A DNA stretch of 64,000 nt from an uncultured Candidatus Saccharibacteria bacterium (GCA_964556325.1 CAZKVS010000003.1:4219-68218), one strand, 5' to 3'; shown: positions 1 to 10,064, numbered from the stretch's first letter. Notes: a model not told the origin generated them from the sequence alone. A program made the numbers and translations.

Positions 1-276
1 CGTAACCCTGATTTAATTATTTTTGACGAAGCCACTAGCGCACTCGACTCTCTCACCGAAGAAGAAATTACCCATACCATAAAGGAGATTAAAAAAGAAC
101 GGCCCAATCTTATAACCGTTCTGGTCGCTCACCGGTTGTCTACTATAGTACATAGCGATACCATCTTCGTGCTTGAAAAAGGAAAAATCGCTGAGTCAGG
201 CAACCATCAACAGCTCCTAGACAAAAAAGGATTGTATGCAGCGTTGTGGAGACAACAGATAGCAGCACGGGAATAA
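1..276 (+). CDS. ABC transporter ATP-binding protein, C-terminal part (truncated by window edge)
   Basis: Frame 1 reads RNPDLIIFDEATSALD...VAHRLSTI...ESGNHQQLL...LYAALW (Walker B, D-loop, H-switch); TAA at 274-276. Confidence 0.9.
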   Translation, partial: RNPDLIIFDEATSALDSLTEEEITHTIKEIKKERPNLITVLVAHRLSTIVHSDTIFVLEKGKIAESGNHQQLLDKKGLYAALWRQQIAARE

Positions 277-455
277 CACGTTACATGAATTTATACATTT
301 TATACTTTGCACGGCCACTCAAAATATAAAATACAGAATATTGAACACCGGCACACTCCCGTGACCCCTTAACAAACTTAGCCCTCATAAAACAGACTCT
401 TCGTTTAAAACAAAGAGTCTCTTTTTTGTCTGAAGACTTTCCGCATGCTTGACAA

Positions 456-770
456 TTGACCCGGGAGCATTTAGCATACCAGGTTGCGCCTTCGTCATCC
501 GGCATAGCTGGCGCAATATATAAATCACCAACCGGAGAAAAAGCCGTGGAACCAAAAAAGTCGGCCAAGCCAAGGTCGAATGAAGTTAAAAAATACCACA
601 AGTGTCCTTGTGGCTTTAGCAAAGAAATTAGGGGTGGCCGAGTTAAAATCGGCGATAAAGCCCAAATGCCAAAACACTCAGCCGTGGACGGAGGAAATAA
701 CAGCCAGACAAATCTCTGCCGAAATGTCGGCAGTTTCTATTATGTCAAAGACAAGGATGGAAACCTCTAA
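456..770 (+). CDS. small hypothetical protein, possible Zn-binding (CPC...H...C)
   Basis: TTG-start ORF followed by hairpin TCAAGAGAATCC-N7-GGATTCTCTTGA (790-820); no recognised family. Confidence 0.4.
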   Translation: MTREHLAYQVAPSSSGIAGAIYKSPTGEKAVEPKKSAKPRSNEVKKYHKCPCGFSKEIRGGRVKIGDKAQMPKHSAVDGGNNSQTNLCRNVGSFYYVKDKDGNL

Positions 771-838
771 CGATGTCTGGTCAAAAACTTCAAGAGAATC
801 CACATGCTGGATTCTCTTGAATCATTTTATCGCGTTTT

Positions 839-1378
839 TTACTTCTGCGCTTTTATTTTTTCTATTTCATCAATCAACCGGGCAAGGGTAAGTTCAATTT
901 TGTCTAATGACTCTCGACTCATGCGATCCCGATGTTGCTCTGCTGTTTCGCCTTCGGTTATATCCTCCACATCTTCCGCAATTTCATCAACATCTTTTTG
1001 TACTTCATCAATATCAGCCTGAATTTCGTCCACGTCTTTTTGTACTTCTTCCACGTCTTCGGCAATCTCACCCACATCTTCTTGGACCTCATCAATGTCC
1101 TTCTGAATCTCATCTATATCTTCTTCCACTTCTTCCAAACTGGCCGTGTTCCGGTTCACCGTCATCTGAATAAAGATAGCTAAGTAAATAGCCTCTAAAG
1201 ACACGACTGTTGTGAGTACAAGCAACATTTTTTCAAATGAAACGCCGAATAATACTGACACAAAACAGGCAGCGAACAAAATAGTATGCACTATGAGCGA
1301 CGAAGTTGAGCCTACCCAATCGGTAAACCCTAACGCTAAACGTTCAAAACCTGCTTCTGGTTTTTGCTTCTTTACCAT
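839..1378 (-). CDS. DUF1003-like membrane protein with acidic heptad coiled-coil tail
   Basis: Two TM helices with LTTVVSLEAIYLAIFIQMTVNR, then about 8 E/K-D-x-D/E-E-x-Q/A heptads. Confidence 0.75.
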   Translation of the reverse strand: MVKKQKPEAGFERLALGFTDWVGSTSSLIVHTILFAACFVSVLFGVSFEKMLLVLTTVVSLEAIYLAIFIQMTVNRNTASLEEVEEDIDEIQKDIDEVQEDVGEIAEDVEEVQKDVDEIQADIDEVQKDVDEIAEDVEDITEGETAEQHRDRMSRESLDKIELTLARLIDEIEKIKAQK

Positions 1379-1648
1379 AGTTATGCCTTTCTACCTACCA
1401 CATTAAAAACAGTATGTGTTTCCAAGAAACATACTGTTTTACTATTTGTAAATTGCCATCCAGAACGTGGGTAAAGAATCTTTGAGAATTCCGCAAGAAA
1501 TACCTTGCCCCGTTCAATATGAACAACGTAACTATTATACTATAAACTAGTATAATTGTCCAGTATTGAGTGGCGTTTATAGCACCGCCCGGTCTTCTTG
1601 CTCTCCTCCTAGGATAGGAGGGGGATAAAACCCGTTGGAGAAGTACCA

Positions 1649-3016
1649 CTACACAAATAAAGCAATAATAGTGGCAACCCCGGCCACAGCCATGAGGCTC
1701 GTAATTATAAGTCCGAGTGTACGAGTAACTGGTTTACTCACATGCTCCCCCATTACTTTCTGGTTACTACTCAAACCCACAATCAAAACCAGCACTACCG
1801 GCGCTACTATACCATTGGCAACCGCTGAATAAATAAGCGCTTTAATCGGGTCTAACCCAATAAAATTCAGCAACAAGCCCACAAGCATGGAAACAATTAT
1901 TACCCCATAGAATGCATGAGCTTGTTGCCATTTACGGTACAATCCTTCTTTCCAGCCAAAACTTTCAGACATCGCGTAGGAAGCCGAACCCGCTAAGACT
2001 GGTACCGCAAGCAAGCCAGTACCTATAATACCTACCGCGAATAATAGGTAGGCTGCATTACCAGCTATGGGCTTCAGCGCAAGTACTGCATCTGCAGCGG
2101 TGTCAATATTTGTGATTCCGGCAGTAAACAAGGTCGCTGCGCAGGTCATAATAATAAAAAACATGACCACATTAGACAAAAACATACCCGACCACACGTC
2201 TACCCGCATTTGTTTTATTTCTCGTGGAGTTGTAATTTGCTGACGCGCCTCTATAGATGTCTTACCGTGTAAAATTTCTTCTTCTACTTCCTGGGAAGTC
2301 TGCCAGAAAAATAAATATGGAGAAATGGTGGTGCCCAAAATACCACAGACTAAAAATATTTGTTCTCGAGAAAAGCTAATGCTCGGTATGGTGGCGTGAC
2401 TCAGCACGGACTTCCAATCCACTGAGACACTCAATCCGGAAAATATATACGCTAAAAGCACGAGCGCTAAATATTTTAAAATACGTGCATAGCTCGCGTA
2501 GGTACTAAAAATTTGCAGCACCAAACAGAGCACTGTAAAGCCCACCACCAAAAGCGAAAAGCTTACAGAGGGTAAAAATAATTGAACACCCTTAGCCATG
2601 GCCCCTAAATCTGCTCCTATATTAAAGGCATTGGCGCCAAACAAGAGCGCAGTGCAGGTGTATAACACCCATCGCGGGTAGTGCATTCGGATGTTTGCTG
2701 CCAAGCCCCGACCGGTAACCAAACCAATGCGTGCGCACATTTCTTGGACCACGGCCATGAGCGGAAACGTAAAAACCGCCAACCACAAGAGTTGGTAACC
2801 ATACTGCGCACCGGTCTGGGAATAGGTTGCTATACCGGACGGATCATCATCCGATGCCCCTGTGGTCAGCCCTGGCCCGAGCATGTGCCAATATTCTTTT
2901 GTTTTTTCTAGCGGACTTGACGCAAACGAACTACTTCCAGTTTGTTTCATGACCGGCCCGACCGAAGAACGCTCTAAAGTTTCTCGCTCTTCAATCCTGC
3001 GGCGGAGTTTTGCCAT
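1649..3016 (-). CDS. NRAMP-family divalent metal cation transporter
   Basis: LGPGLTTGASDDDPSGIATYSQTGA and GTTISPYLFFWQ motifs, many TM helices; start moved to the ATG at 3016. Confidence 0.9.
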   Translation of the reverse strand: MAKLRRRIEERETLERSSVGPVMKQTGSSSFASSPLEKTKEYWHMLGPGLTTGASDDDPSGIATYSQTGAQYGYQLLWLAVFTFPLMAVVQEMCARIGLVTGRGLAANIRMHYPRWVLYTCTALLFGANAFNIGADLGAMAKGVQLFLPSVSFSLLVVGFTVLCLVLQIFSTYASYARILKYLALVLLAYIFSGLSVSVDWKSVLSHATIPSISFSREQIFLVCGILGTTISPYLFFWQTSQEVEEEILHGKTSIEARQQITTPREIKQMRVDVWSGMFLSNVVMFFIIMTCAATLFTAGITNIDTAADAVLALKPIAGNAAYLLFAVGIIGTGLLAVPVLAGSASYAMSESFGWKEGLYRKWQQAHAFYGVIIVSMLVGLLLNFIGLDPIKALIYSAVANGIVAPVVLVLIVGLSSNQKVMGEHVSKPVTRTLGLIITSLMAVAGVATIIALFV

Positions 3017-3107
3017 AGATGCACTTAAACAACTACATACAGTATAACAAATTTCGAATCTCTTCACAGGTTGAAACAAAGCCCAGAAACTTTTATACTA
3101 TGAACTT

Positions 3108-4085
3108 ATGAATCGAGGCTTCTGGGACACGCTTCCTAAACCATTTTTTGTTCTCGCACCCATGTACGACGTCACGGACGTCGCTTTTCGGCAAGTGGTT
3201 GCCCAGTGCGGAAGGCCGGATGTTTTTTTCACTGAGTTTGTTTCTACCGATGGACTCATGAGCGCCGGACGAGAACGCTTAGCCCATCATCTTCTTAAAG
3301 AAAAATTTGAGTCTCCCCTCGTAGCCCAGGTATTTGGCGCAAAACCAGATAAATTTCGAGAAACCGCGACATACATACACAGTCTCGGTTTTGACGGCAT
3401 GGACATAAACATGGGCTGTCCGGACAAAAATATTATTAAAGGAGGCTCATGCGCGGCCTTATTTAGGACACCAGAATTGGCCCGGGATATTATATACGCG
3501 GCAAAAGAAGGCGCGGGCAATATGCCGGTCTCGGTTAAAATTCGAATTGGCGATACTAAGGTGGATTGGGAACACTGGATAGGCACACTGCTCGAAGCGA
3601 AACCGGTCGCCATTTCTATCCATTTACGTACCAGAAAAGAAATGTCCAAAGTTCCTGCTCACTGGGAACTCATGCCGAACATTGTACACGCCATTCATCA
3701 AAATACGACTCCGGAAGACAGACCTCTCATAATAGGCAACGGCGACGTACTAACGCTGGGAGAAGCAAAAGAAAAGATATCAACTTCCGACTGTGATGGC
3801 ATAATGATTGGTCGGGGGGTATTTCAAAACCCCTGGGTCTTTGCAGAAGACGAGCCCCTGGTGCACCCCCTGGAAGAAAAGGCTCAATTACTACTCACCC
3901 ACGCTCGCCTCTATGAACACTACTTTGCAGGCAAGAAGCCTTTTGAACCCCTCAAACGGTTTTATAAAATTTATATTAACGGAGTGCCCCAAGCAGCTGA
4001 GCTCCGGGAGGAGCTCTATAAAGCCAGCACGGCCGAAGAAATAGAAGCAATTCTCACCCAACACAAGCTTCTCCCCTCTCTCTAA
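3108..4085 (+). CDS. dus: tRNA-dihydrouridine synthase
   Basis: LAPM, TEFVS, DINMGCP, SVKIRIG, IIGNGDV, MIGRG motifs. Confidence 0.93.
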   Translation: MNRGFWDTLPKPFFVLAPMYDVTDVAFRQVVAQCGRPDVFFTEFVSTDGLMSAGRERLAHHLLKEKFESPLVAQVFGAKPDKFRETATYIHSLGFDGMDINMGCPDKNIIKGGSCAALFRTPELARDIIYAAKEGAGNMPVSVKIRIGDTKVDWEHWIGTLLEAKPVAISIHLRTRKEMSKVPAHWELMPNIVHAIHQNTTPEDRPLIIGNGDVLTLGEAKEKISTSDCDGIMIGRGVFQNPWVFAEDEPLVHPLEEKAQLLLTHARLYEHYFAGKKPFEPLKRFYKIYINGVPQAAELREELYKASTAEEIEAILTQHKLLPSL

Positions 4086-4153
4086 TACCCCTCCGAGCGC
4101 CCATCGCCGAAGGGGTTAAATTTTGGTATGATACAAACAATAATCACTATAAT

Positions 4154-4534
4154 ATGGCCACCCGGTTAGTTATTGATCACATTGTTATCTCGGTCTCCGA
4201 CCTTACTAAAAGCACCAAGTTCTATAGTGCTTTTTTAGGCAAGCCAAAGCAAGGAAAAGAAGATGTGCATTTTGTACTGGGGTCAACCAAACTCTTTCTC
4301 ACTTCGCCATACAAGCAATCTGCTAAAAAATTCGACAAGCACAATATTGGACTGAACCATATTGCCTTGCAAATGAAAAGCTTGCCCATGCTACGCAGCT
4401 ACGTGCAAAAGTTGGACAAGGCACGCATTGCTCACAGCAGCATTCAAATAGATACCTTTAGCCTCAAACAGTTTGTACATTTTGACGACCCCGATGGCAT
4501 GAGACTAGAACTATACATTCGTAAATTGATTTAA
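4154..4534 (+). CDS. VOC/glyoxalase family protein
   Basis: IDHIVISVSDL..S..FY, GLNHIAL, FDDPDGMRLE. Confidence 0.88.
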   Translation: MATRLVIDHIVISVSDLTKSTKFYSAFLGKPKQGKEDVHFVLGSTKLFLTSPYKQSAKKFDKHNIGLNHIALQMKSLPMLRSYVQKLDKARIAHSSIQIDTFSLKQFVHFDDPDGMRLELYIRKLI

Positions 4535-4544
4535 ATATATACGT

Positions 4545-5240
4545 ATGCATGACAACCTGCACCCGGAACAACATTTTACTGCAAGTAAGACAGTTCGCGA
4601 CATAATTATTGGCATGGCCGATGGTTTAACAGTCCCCTTTGCTTTGGCGGCGGGACTTTCTGGCGCAGTAGACCACACCTCTATTATAGTAGTGGCGGGC
4701 TTAGCAGAAATTGCCGGAGGCTCTATCTCTATGGGCCTGGGTGGTTACTTGGCGGCAAAAAATGAAGTAGACCACTACAACCACGAAAAAAAGCGGGAAC
4801 ACGAAGAAATTGTGCATATGCCGGAAAGAGAACGGCAAGAAGTTGCGCATATATTTGCAGGATACGGCCTGAGCGATCAGGAGATTGCACCCATACTCAA
4901 CAAACTCACCCAAAATCCAGACACCTGGGTGGACTTTATGATGCGCTATGAATTAAACCTAGAAGAACCAGATAAGCATCGAGTATACAAAAGCGCCCTC
5001 ACTATAGCGGTATCATATCTTTTAGGAGGCATTGTACCGCTCCTTCCATACATGTTCACGAACTCTCCTCGTGCTGCGTTGTTGGATTCTGCGTTGTTAA
5101 CCCTTGCTGCTCTCTTTGTGTTTGGGTATGGCAAAGCCAGACTTATTGGTGCTCGCCCATTTGTTGGGGCCATACAAACTACAGCGCTGGGAGGCGTGGC
5201 AGCCAGTGCAGCCTACGGCCTGGCTCGATTATTTAGTTAA
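4545..5240 (+). CDS. VIT1/CCC1 family Fe/Mn transporter
   Basis: RDIIIGMADGLTVPFALAAGLSG, AGGSISMGLGGYLA. Confidence 0.93.
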   Translation: MHDNLHPEQHFTASKTVRDIIIGMADGLTVPFALAAGLSGAVDHTSIIVVAGLAEIAGGSISMGLGGYLAAKNEVDHYNHEKKREHEEIVHMPERERQEVAHIFAGYGLSDQEIAPILNKLTQNPDTWVDFMMRYELNLEEPDKHRVYKSALTIAVSYLLGGIVPLLPYMFTNSPRAALLDSALLTLAALFVFGYGKARLIGARPFVGAIQTTALGGVAASAAYGLARLFS

Positions 5241-5251
5241 TAATACTTACT

Positions 5252-5851
5252 ATGAAAATTACATCCGCAGACTTCAAAAAAGGTATAACCGGAGAAGACG
5301 ACATTCTCTTCGAAGAAACTCCACAAGTGGCGTTTATTGGCCGTTCCAATGTAGGCAAGTCCAGTGTCATTAATTCCTTGGTGGAACGTCGTGACTTAGC
5401 ACACTCCAGCCCACGACCCGGCCGCACACGAGAGGTCAACTTTTTTTTAATAAATAAATCGTTCTATTTGGTAGACTTACCGGGCTATGGTTATGCCGAA
5501 GGCTCCTGGGAAAAGCGGGATGCGCTTATTCAGCTCATCCACTGGTACTTACAACACCCGGAAGCAAACATCCGTAAAGTGGTATTAATAATAGACGCGA
5601 AAGTTGGCTTAACGGAGAACGACCGCAACATGCTTGCGCTTTTGGAACAACACAAACGTCGCATAGTTGTCATTGCAAATAAAATAGACAAGCTAAAACC
5701 AAACGATCTTAAAAAAAGTTTGGCGGCCATACAAACTGAAGTTGGCGACCACAGGCTCATCCCCTACTCTGCAGAAAAGAAAATTGGCGTAGGGCTCCTA
5801 ACGGATGAGATTCAACGGAAAGAAAAAGCATTAGTAATTAGTAAGGAGTAA
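5252..5851 (+). CDS. engB: ribosome biogenesis GTP-binding protein YihA/YsxC
   Basis: GRSNVGKSS, PGRT, DLPGYGYA, NKID G-motifs. Confidence 0.95.
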   Translation: MKITSADFKKGITGEDDILFEETPQVAFIGRSNVGKSSVINSLVERRDLAHSSPRPGRTREVNFFLINKSFYLVDLPGYGYAEGSWEKRDALIQLIHWYLQHPEANIRKVVLIIDAKVGLTENDRNMLALLEQHKRRIVVIANKIDKLKPNDLKKSLAAIQTEVGDHRLIPYSAEKKIGVGLLTDEIQRKEKALVISKE

Positions 5852-5932
5852 TTAGTAATAAGAGTTACGACATAAATACACAGTCTCTTATTCTCTTTGC
5901 TTCCTACTGATTACTATTTACTTATTACTACT
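5831..5932. repeat. inverted pair of degenerate heptamer arrays (TAGTAAT / ATTACTA)
   Basis: TTAGTAATTAGTAAGGAGTAATTAGTAATAAGAG ... CTCTTATT...TTACTATTTACTTATTACTACT. Confidence 0.7.
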
Positions 5933-7171
5933 ATGACATTTGACGTAATCGTAATAGGCGGCGGCCCTGCGGGTATGATGGCTGCGGGCAGAGCGGCTGA
6001 GCTTGGTGCCAAAGTTTTGCTCTTGGAAAAAAACCCAAAGCTTGGCAAAAAACTGCTCATCACTGGCGGCGGCCGGTGTAACATTACCAATGCGGAACTT
6101 GATGTACGCAAAATGGTAGCCAAGTATGGACCTAAAGGTAAGGCTCTCTTTGGTTCGTTTAGCCGTTTTGGCGTGGCTGAATCTTTGGCGTTCTTCAATG
6201 AGCGAGGTCTCCCCACTAAAGTAGAGGCGGAGCAACGCGCGTTTCCGCAAAGCAATAAAGCCGAAGATGTATGGAAGACACTCGTGGCGTATTTAAAAAC
6301 CGGGAAAGTCACAATCCACTACGACTCTCCGGTATCGGAGATACTCACACACGATAAAACCATTATCGGCGTACGGGTTAAAAAAAATGTTCTAACTGCA
6401 AAAAAGTATATTATTGCCACCGGTGGCAAGTCTCGACCGGAAACCGGCTCCACCGGCGAAGGTTTTGTATGGATGAAAGATATCGGCCATACTGTGACTG
6501 AGCCAAACGCCGCCTTGGTCCCCGTTACCACCAAAGAACAATGGCAAAAAGAACTTTCCGGTTTAAGCTTTCCAAACGCTAAACTGACTATAGTACAAGA
6601 TGGTAAAAAGGTAGAAAGCAAAATTGGTAAATTGCTATTTACCCATTTCGGCTTAAGTGGACCACTAGTGCTCAATATGAGCAAAACCATTCGTGACTTG
6701 TATACCTACTCTCCGGTAAGTCTAGAGCTAGACCTGTACCCTCAGTTCGACGCGGTTGCATTAGATGCGCATATCTTGAGCATTCTGCAAGCCGGTGCTA
6801 ACAAAAAAATCCGCAACAATTTAGGAAACGTAGTGCCACCGAAAATGATCTCTGCGCTCCTTGCGCTAACCGGCATTAACCCGGAAAAAGAATGTAACGT
6901 AGTAACTAAAACAGAACGGAGTACACTAGTGAAGCAGCTTAAACAGTTCATGCTTACCGTAACCGGTTTTTTGGGCACTGACAAAGCCGTTACCACTTCA
7001 GGCGGAGTAAGTCTAAAAGAAATAGACTTTAAAACAATGCAGTCCAAACTGTACGCCAACCTCTATTTAGTTGGTGACATCTTGGACTTTGACCGTCCAT
7101 CCGGCGGCTTCTCTCTCCAAATTTGCTGGACCACAGGCTACCTGGCCGGGGAGAACGCCGCACGCTTTTAA
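5933..7171 (+). CDS. HI0933/YhiN (BaiN-like) NAD(P)/FAD-dependent oxidoreductase
   Basis: IGGGPAGMMAA, GKKLLITGGGRCNITN, ATGGKS.PETGSTG, LFTHFGLSGP, GGFSLQ. Confidence 0.93.
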   Translation: MTFDVIVIGGGPAGMMAAGRAAELGAKVLLLEKNPKLGKKLLITGGGRCNITNAELDVRKMVAKYGPKGKALFGSFSRFGVAESLAFFNERGLPTKVEAEQRAFPQSNKAEDVWKTLVAYLKTGKVTIHYDSPVSEILTHDKTIIGVRVKKNVLTAKKYIIATGGKSRPETGSTGEGFVWMKDIGHTVTEPNAALVPVTTKEQWQKELSGLSFPNAKLTIVQDGKKVESKIGKLLFTHFGLSGPLVLNMSKTIRDLYTYSPVSLELDLYPQFDAVALDAHILSILQAGANKKIRNNLGNVVPPKMISALLALTGINPEKECNVVTKTERSTLVKQLKQFMLTVTGFLGTDKAVTTSGGVSLKEIDFKTMQSKLYANLYLVGDILDFDRPSGGFSLQICWTTGYLAGENAARF

Positions 7172-7204
7172 TTCCGCATTTTTCATAACTTAAATCCTCG
7201 CTAT

Positions 7205-7774
7205 ATGACAATCAAGCAAAAACTGTACACAGTGTGCGGAATAATTATTGCCATCGCAGTTGCGCATGTGGCGGTGTTTTGGTACGTGGGACTGCACGAC
7301 ACAACCCATAAAGCGGACGTGATAGTTGTTCTTGGCAACACCGTGAATCCGGACGGCAGTATGTCCGACCGACTAAAAGGTAGATTAGATAAAGGCTTGG
7401 AACTCTATCGAGCAAACTACGCTCCGCTTATTATGGTAAACGGCGGGATGGGCAAAGAGGGTTATAACGAAGCTCAGGTTATGCAGCAATATTTACTCAC
7501 TCAAAAAGTGCCAGCGGAAAAAATTATAGTAGACGACACCGGCATAAACACGCTCGCCACCGCGCAGCATGCCAAGGACCTACTAACCAAACGCAACTTA
7601 CACTCTACCATAGTGGTTACACAGTTCTTTCACATACTCCGCAGCGAGTACGCTTTCCATAAGGTAGGCATTACGGAAGTATACCGTGCCCACGCAAACT
7701 TTTACGAAATCCGCGACCTCTATGCTACCGCCCGGGAAATAATTGCTTTTTACGACTACCTCCTTTTCCGCTAA
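7205..7774 (+). CDS. YdcF/DUF218 family protein
   Basis: N-terminal TM, ADVIVVLG, RLDKG..LY, EA..M..YL, NT..., VVTQFFHILR, REIIA. Confidence 0.88.
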   Translation: MTIKQKLYTVCGIIIAIAVAHVAVFWYVGLHDTTHKADVIVVLGNTVNPDGSMSDRLKGRLDKGLELYRANYAPLIMVNGGMGKEGYNEAQVMQQYLLTQKVPAEKIIVDDTGINTLATAQHAKDLLTKRNLHSTIVVTQFFHILRSEYAFHKVGITEVYRAHANFYEIRDLYATAREIIAFYDYLLFR

Positions 7775-7783
7775 CATACCCAC

Positions 7784-8434
7784 ATGAAAAAGCTTAATGC
7801 TACGCCGTCAGAGTTTGTTAACTTACCCACCAACATCTCACCCGCTAATGCTGATATCGAAAGTGCCGGCGAGTATGAGGCAGTTCGGTTCACAGACATT
7901 GACCTCAAAAATATCGAACTCTATGACTTGCGGTTTGATGACTGCGCATTTGAGGGTGGGAGTTTAAGTTCGAGCAAAGTCACCGGCATTAGACTCAAAA
8001 ATGTTCGGCTCAACGAAGTTGACTTGGCAAACACAAAGTTTGATAAAGCTTCGCTGGAAAATATAAAGTTCATCAAGTGCCGCATGACGGGGTTCAAGCT
8101 CATAGAAGGAACTCTTCGCAACGTACTGTTTAAAAACTGCCAGCTCAAACTGTCCCAACTCCGCATGAGCAAGTTCAAAAACGTACGCTTTGAAAACTGC
8201 ATTCTAGAAGAAAGCGAATTTTATGGCGCTGACCTCACCGGTACAATATTTTCTGAATGCGATTTAACCAAAGCCGAACTCACTGCGACTAAACTCAAAG
8301 ACGCAGATTTTAGAACATCCAAAATTCCCGGTCTGACTATAAACATAGAAAGCCTCCAAGGTGCCATCATTGACCCCTCCCAAATACCCGACCTCGCCTG
8401 GCTCTTAGGCGTAACAATTGAATGGAAAGAATAA
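7784..8434 (+). CDS. pentapeptide repeat protein
   Basis: Long A/V-x-F/L-x-x periodicity (ADLTGTIFSECDLTKAELTATKLKDADFR). Confidence 0.88.
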   Translation: MKKLNATPSEFVNLPTNISPANADIESAGEYEAVRFTDIDLKNIELYDLRFDDCAFEGGSLSSSKVTGIRLKNVRLNEVDLANTKFDKASLENIKFIKCRMTGFKLIEGTLRNVLFKNCQLKLSQLRMSKFKNVRFENCILEESEFYGADLTGTIFSECDLTKAELTATKLKDADFRTSKIPGLTINIESLQGAIIDPSQIPDLAWLLGVTIEWKE

Positions 8435-8441
8435 TTATCCT

Positions 8442-8954
8442 ATGAAAAAAATTATCATCGTATCAGGACTACCCGGCTCCGGCAAAAGCACTGTCGCTGA
8501 AGACATTGCAGCAAAGCTAAAACTACCTATCTTCTCCGTCGATCCGATTGAATCTTCTATCATTCAAAGCGGTATACAAAAGAGTTTTGAAACAGGCTTA
8601 GCGGCTTACTTAGTGGCCCAAACCCTTGCCTCCGAGCAACTTAGCCTTGGACTCTCTGTAATCATCGACGCGGTCAGCCCCGTCCAGGAGGCCCGGACGA
8701 TGTGGCAGGAGCTATCTGAACAGTACAAGACTCAGCTCATAATTATTGAGTGTACGCTGGATAGAGAATTGCACAGACAAAGAATAGAAGCCCGCATACG
8801 TAATATGCATGGCATACCGGAAGTTACGTGGGATGACGTCGAAGAAAGACGTAAAGAATATCTGCCATGGGCAGAAAAAAGACTAGTATTAGATACGGCC
8901 CATAGTCGTGAGGAAAACTTAAATAAAGCTCTTGACTATATTAATAAGCAATAA
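8442..8954 (+). CDS. AAA_33-type P-loop kinase
   Basis: IIIVSGLPGSGKST Walker A, SVIIDAV; ATG at 8442 follows the previous stop. Confidence 0.85.
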   Translation: MKKIIIVSGLPGSGKSTVAEDIAAKLKLPIFSVDPIESSIIQSGIQKSFETGLAAYLVAQTLASEQLSLGLSVIIDAVSPVQEARTMWQELSEQYKTQLIIIECTLDRELHRQRIEARIRNMHGIPEVTWDDVEERRKEYLPWAEKRLVLDTAHSREENLNKALDYINKQ

Positions 8955-8987
8955 GTAACGCAACTAGTTTATTAAACTAATTTAGCC

Positions 8988-9548
8988 ATGGAGCTCTCAA
9001 CATACCATCAAAAATATGCGGCCCAACCGGACGCAGAAATAGATAAGAAGATTGCGGCAAAACGGTCGGAGCTAGAAGCCGTATTCAGCACCTTATCCCC
9101 CGCTTTTGAGCAGGCACCTCTTAAAGTTGCAGTACTTGGCTGTGGCGACAAACGCTTCGTAGAAAAACATAGAGAGCTATTTTCGTCACTCCTGCAACAA
9201 CCAATTGAACTAACCACGTTTGATATTACCACCGACCACTTGGGGGGAGCAGAAGGAGTAATACGTCACGACTGCGCACTCCCCCTACCCAACGGCCCGT
9301 ATGACATAACCTATGCACACGTACTGCTCAAATTTATAGAACCGACAAAGCAAGTAGATGTGCTTTATAATTCATACCAAGCCCTACACGAGCACGGACT
9401 TGCTATACATATCCTGGATACACAAGACTATGCAGAAAAGCACCCGCTCGTCGACTTAGTCACCCACAAAACTTTGCTCCGAGCTAAAAACATAGCATTT
9501 ACAGAAATCCCGGTGCACTACGGCCTCGCTTTAGTACTTCACAACTAA
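8988..9548 (+). CDS. class I SAM-dependent methyltransferase-like protein
   Basis: VAVLGCG, TTFDI, LP.GPYDITYAHVLL. Confidence 0.6.
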   Translation: MELSTYHQKYAAQPDAEIDKKIAAKRSELEAVFSTLSPAFEQAPLKVAVLGCGDKRFVEKHRELFSSLLQQPIELTTFDITTDHLGGAEGVIRHDCALPLPNGPYDITYAHVLLKFIEPTKQVDVLYNSYQALHEHGLAIHILDTQDYAEKHPLVDLVTHKTLLRAKNIAFTEIPVHYGLALVLHN

Positions 9549-9599
9549 CATCTCTACGGTGCCAAAGAGTGCCTTTGACACTTTGGCACAAGATAAAAT

Positions 9600-10064
9600 A
9601 TGAAAAGACTTATTCTGGTTCGGTACGGCAACTGGGAAAATGGACATTTGAATGAAGAAGGCAAGCAGGTCATGACTGCTGCCGCGTTAAAACTGGAACC
9701 GTTTGCCGTTGATTCGTTTACCGTAATAGCAGGCTCAGTAGACAGGGCTATAGAAAGTGCAAACATTATTGCCGCGCATTTTAATTTGCCTGCAGCGCAA
9801 TCTTTCCCCGAACTCTATGCCGCGGAAGAAGATGGGCACTTACCCAACCTCGCAGCGGCGACGCATGTAATTACAAAGCTCGGCTCACAGTATGACACCG
9901 TCATTGCCGTTGTGTCGCGTGAATACATAGAATCCTTACCGGGATATATCATGCGCAACACTATGGACGTGGAGGCGCCTACGGAGCCCGTTCACTTAGA
10001 CCGCGGAGAATTGCTGGTACTGGACTATGAAGCAAAAACCATAACAATACACCGCCATGATTAA
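9600..10064 (+). CDS. histidine phosphatase (SixA/PGM-like) fold protein with degenerate RHG motif
   Basis: MKRLILVRYG, LNEEGKQ, S..RAIESA.II pattern. Confidence 0.65.
   Translation: MKRLILVRYGNWENGHLNEEGKQVMTAAALKLEPFAVDSFTVIAGSVDRAIESANIIAAHFNLPAAQSFPELYAAEEDGHLPNLAAATHVITKLGSQYDTVIAVVSREYIESLPGYIMRNTMDVEAPTEPVHLDRGELLVLDYEAKTITIHRHD

Noticed and set aside
1395-1649. 84-aa minus-strand ORF
   Set aside because: Spans a CTCCTCCT/AGGAGGGG hairpin, an AT-rich promoter-like stretch and a terminator; probably non-coding
7784-8434. Qnr/MfpA quinolone-resistance protein
   Set aside because: Generic pentapeptide repeats; no specific evidence
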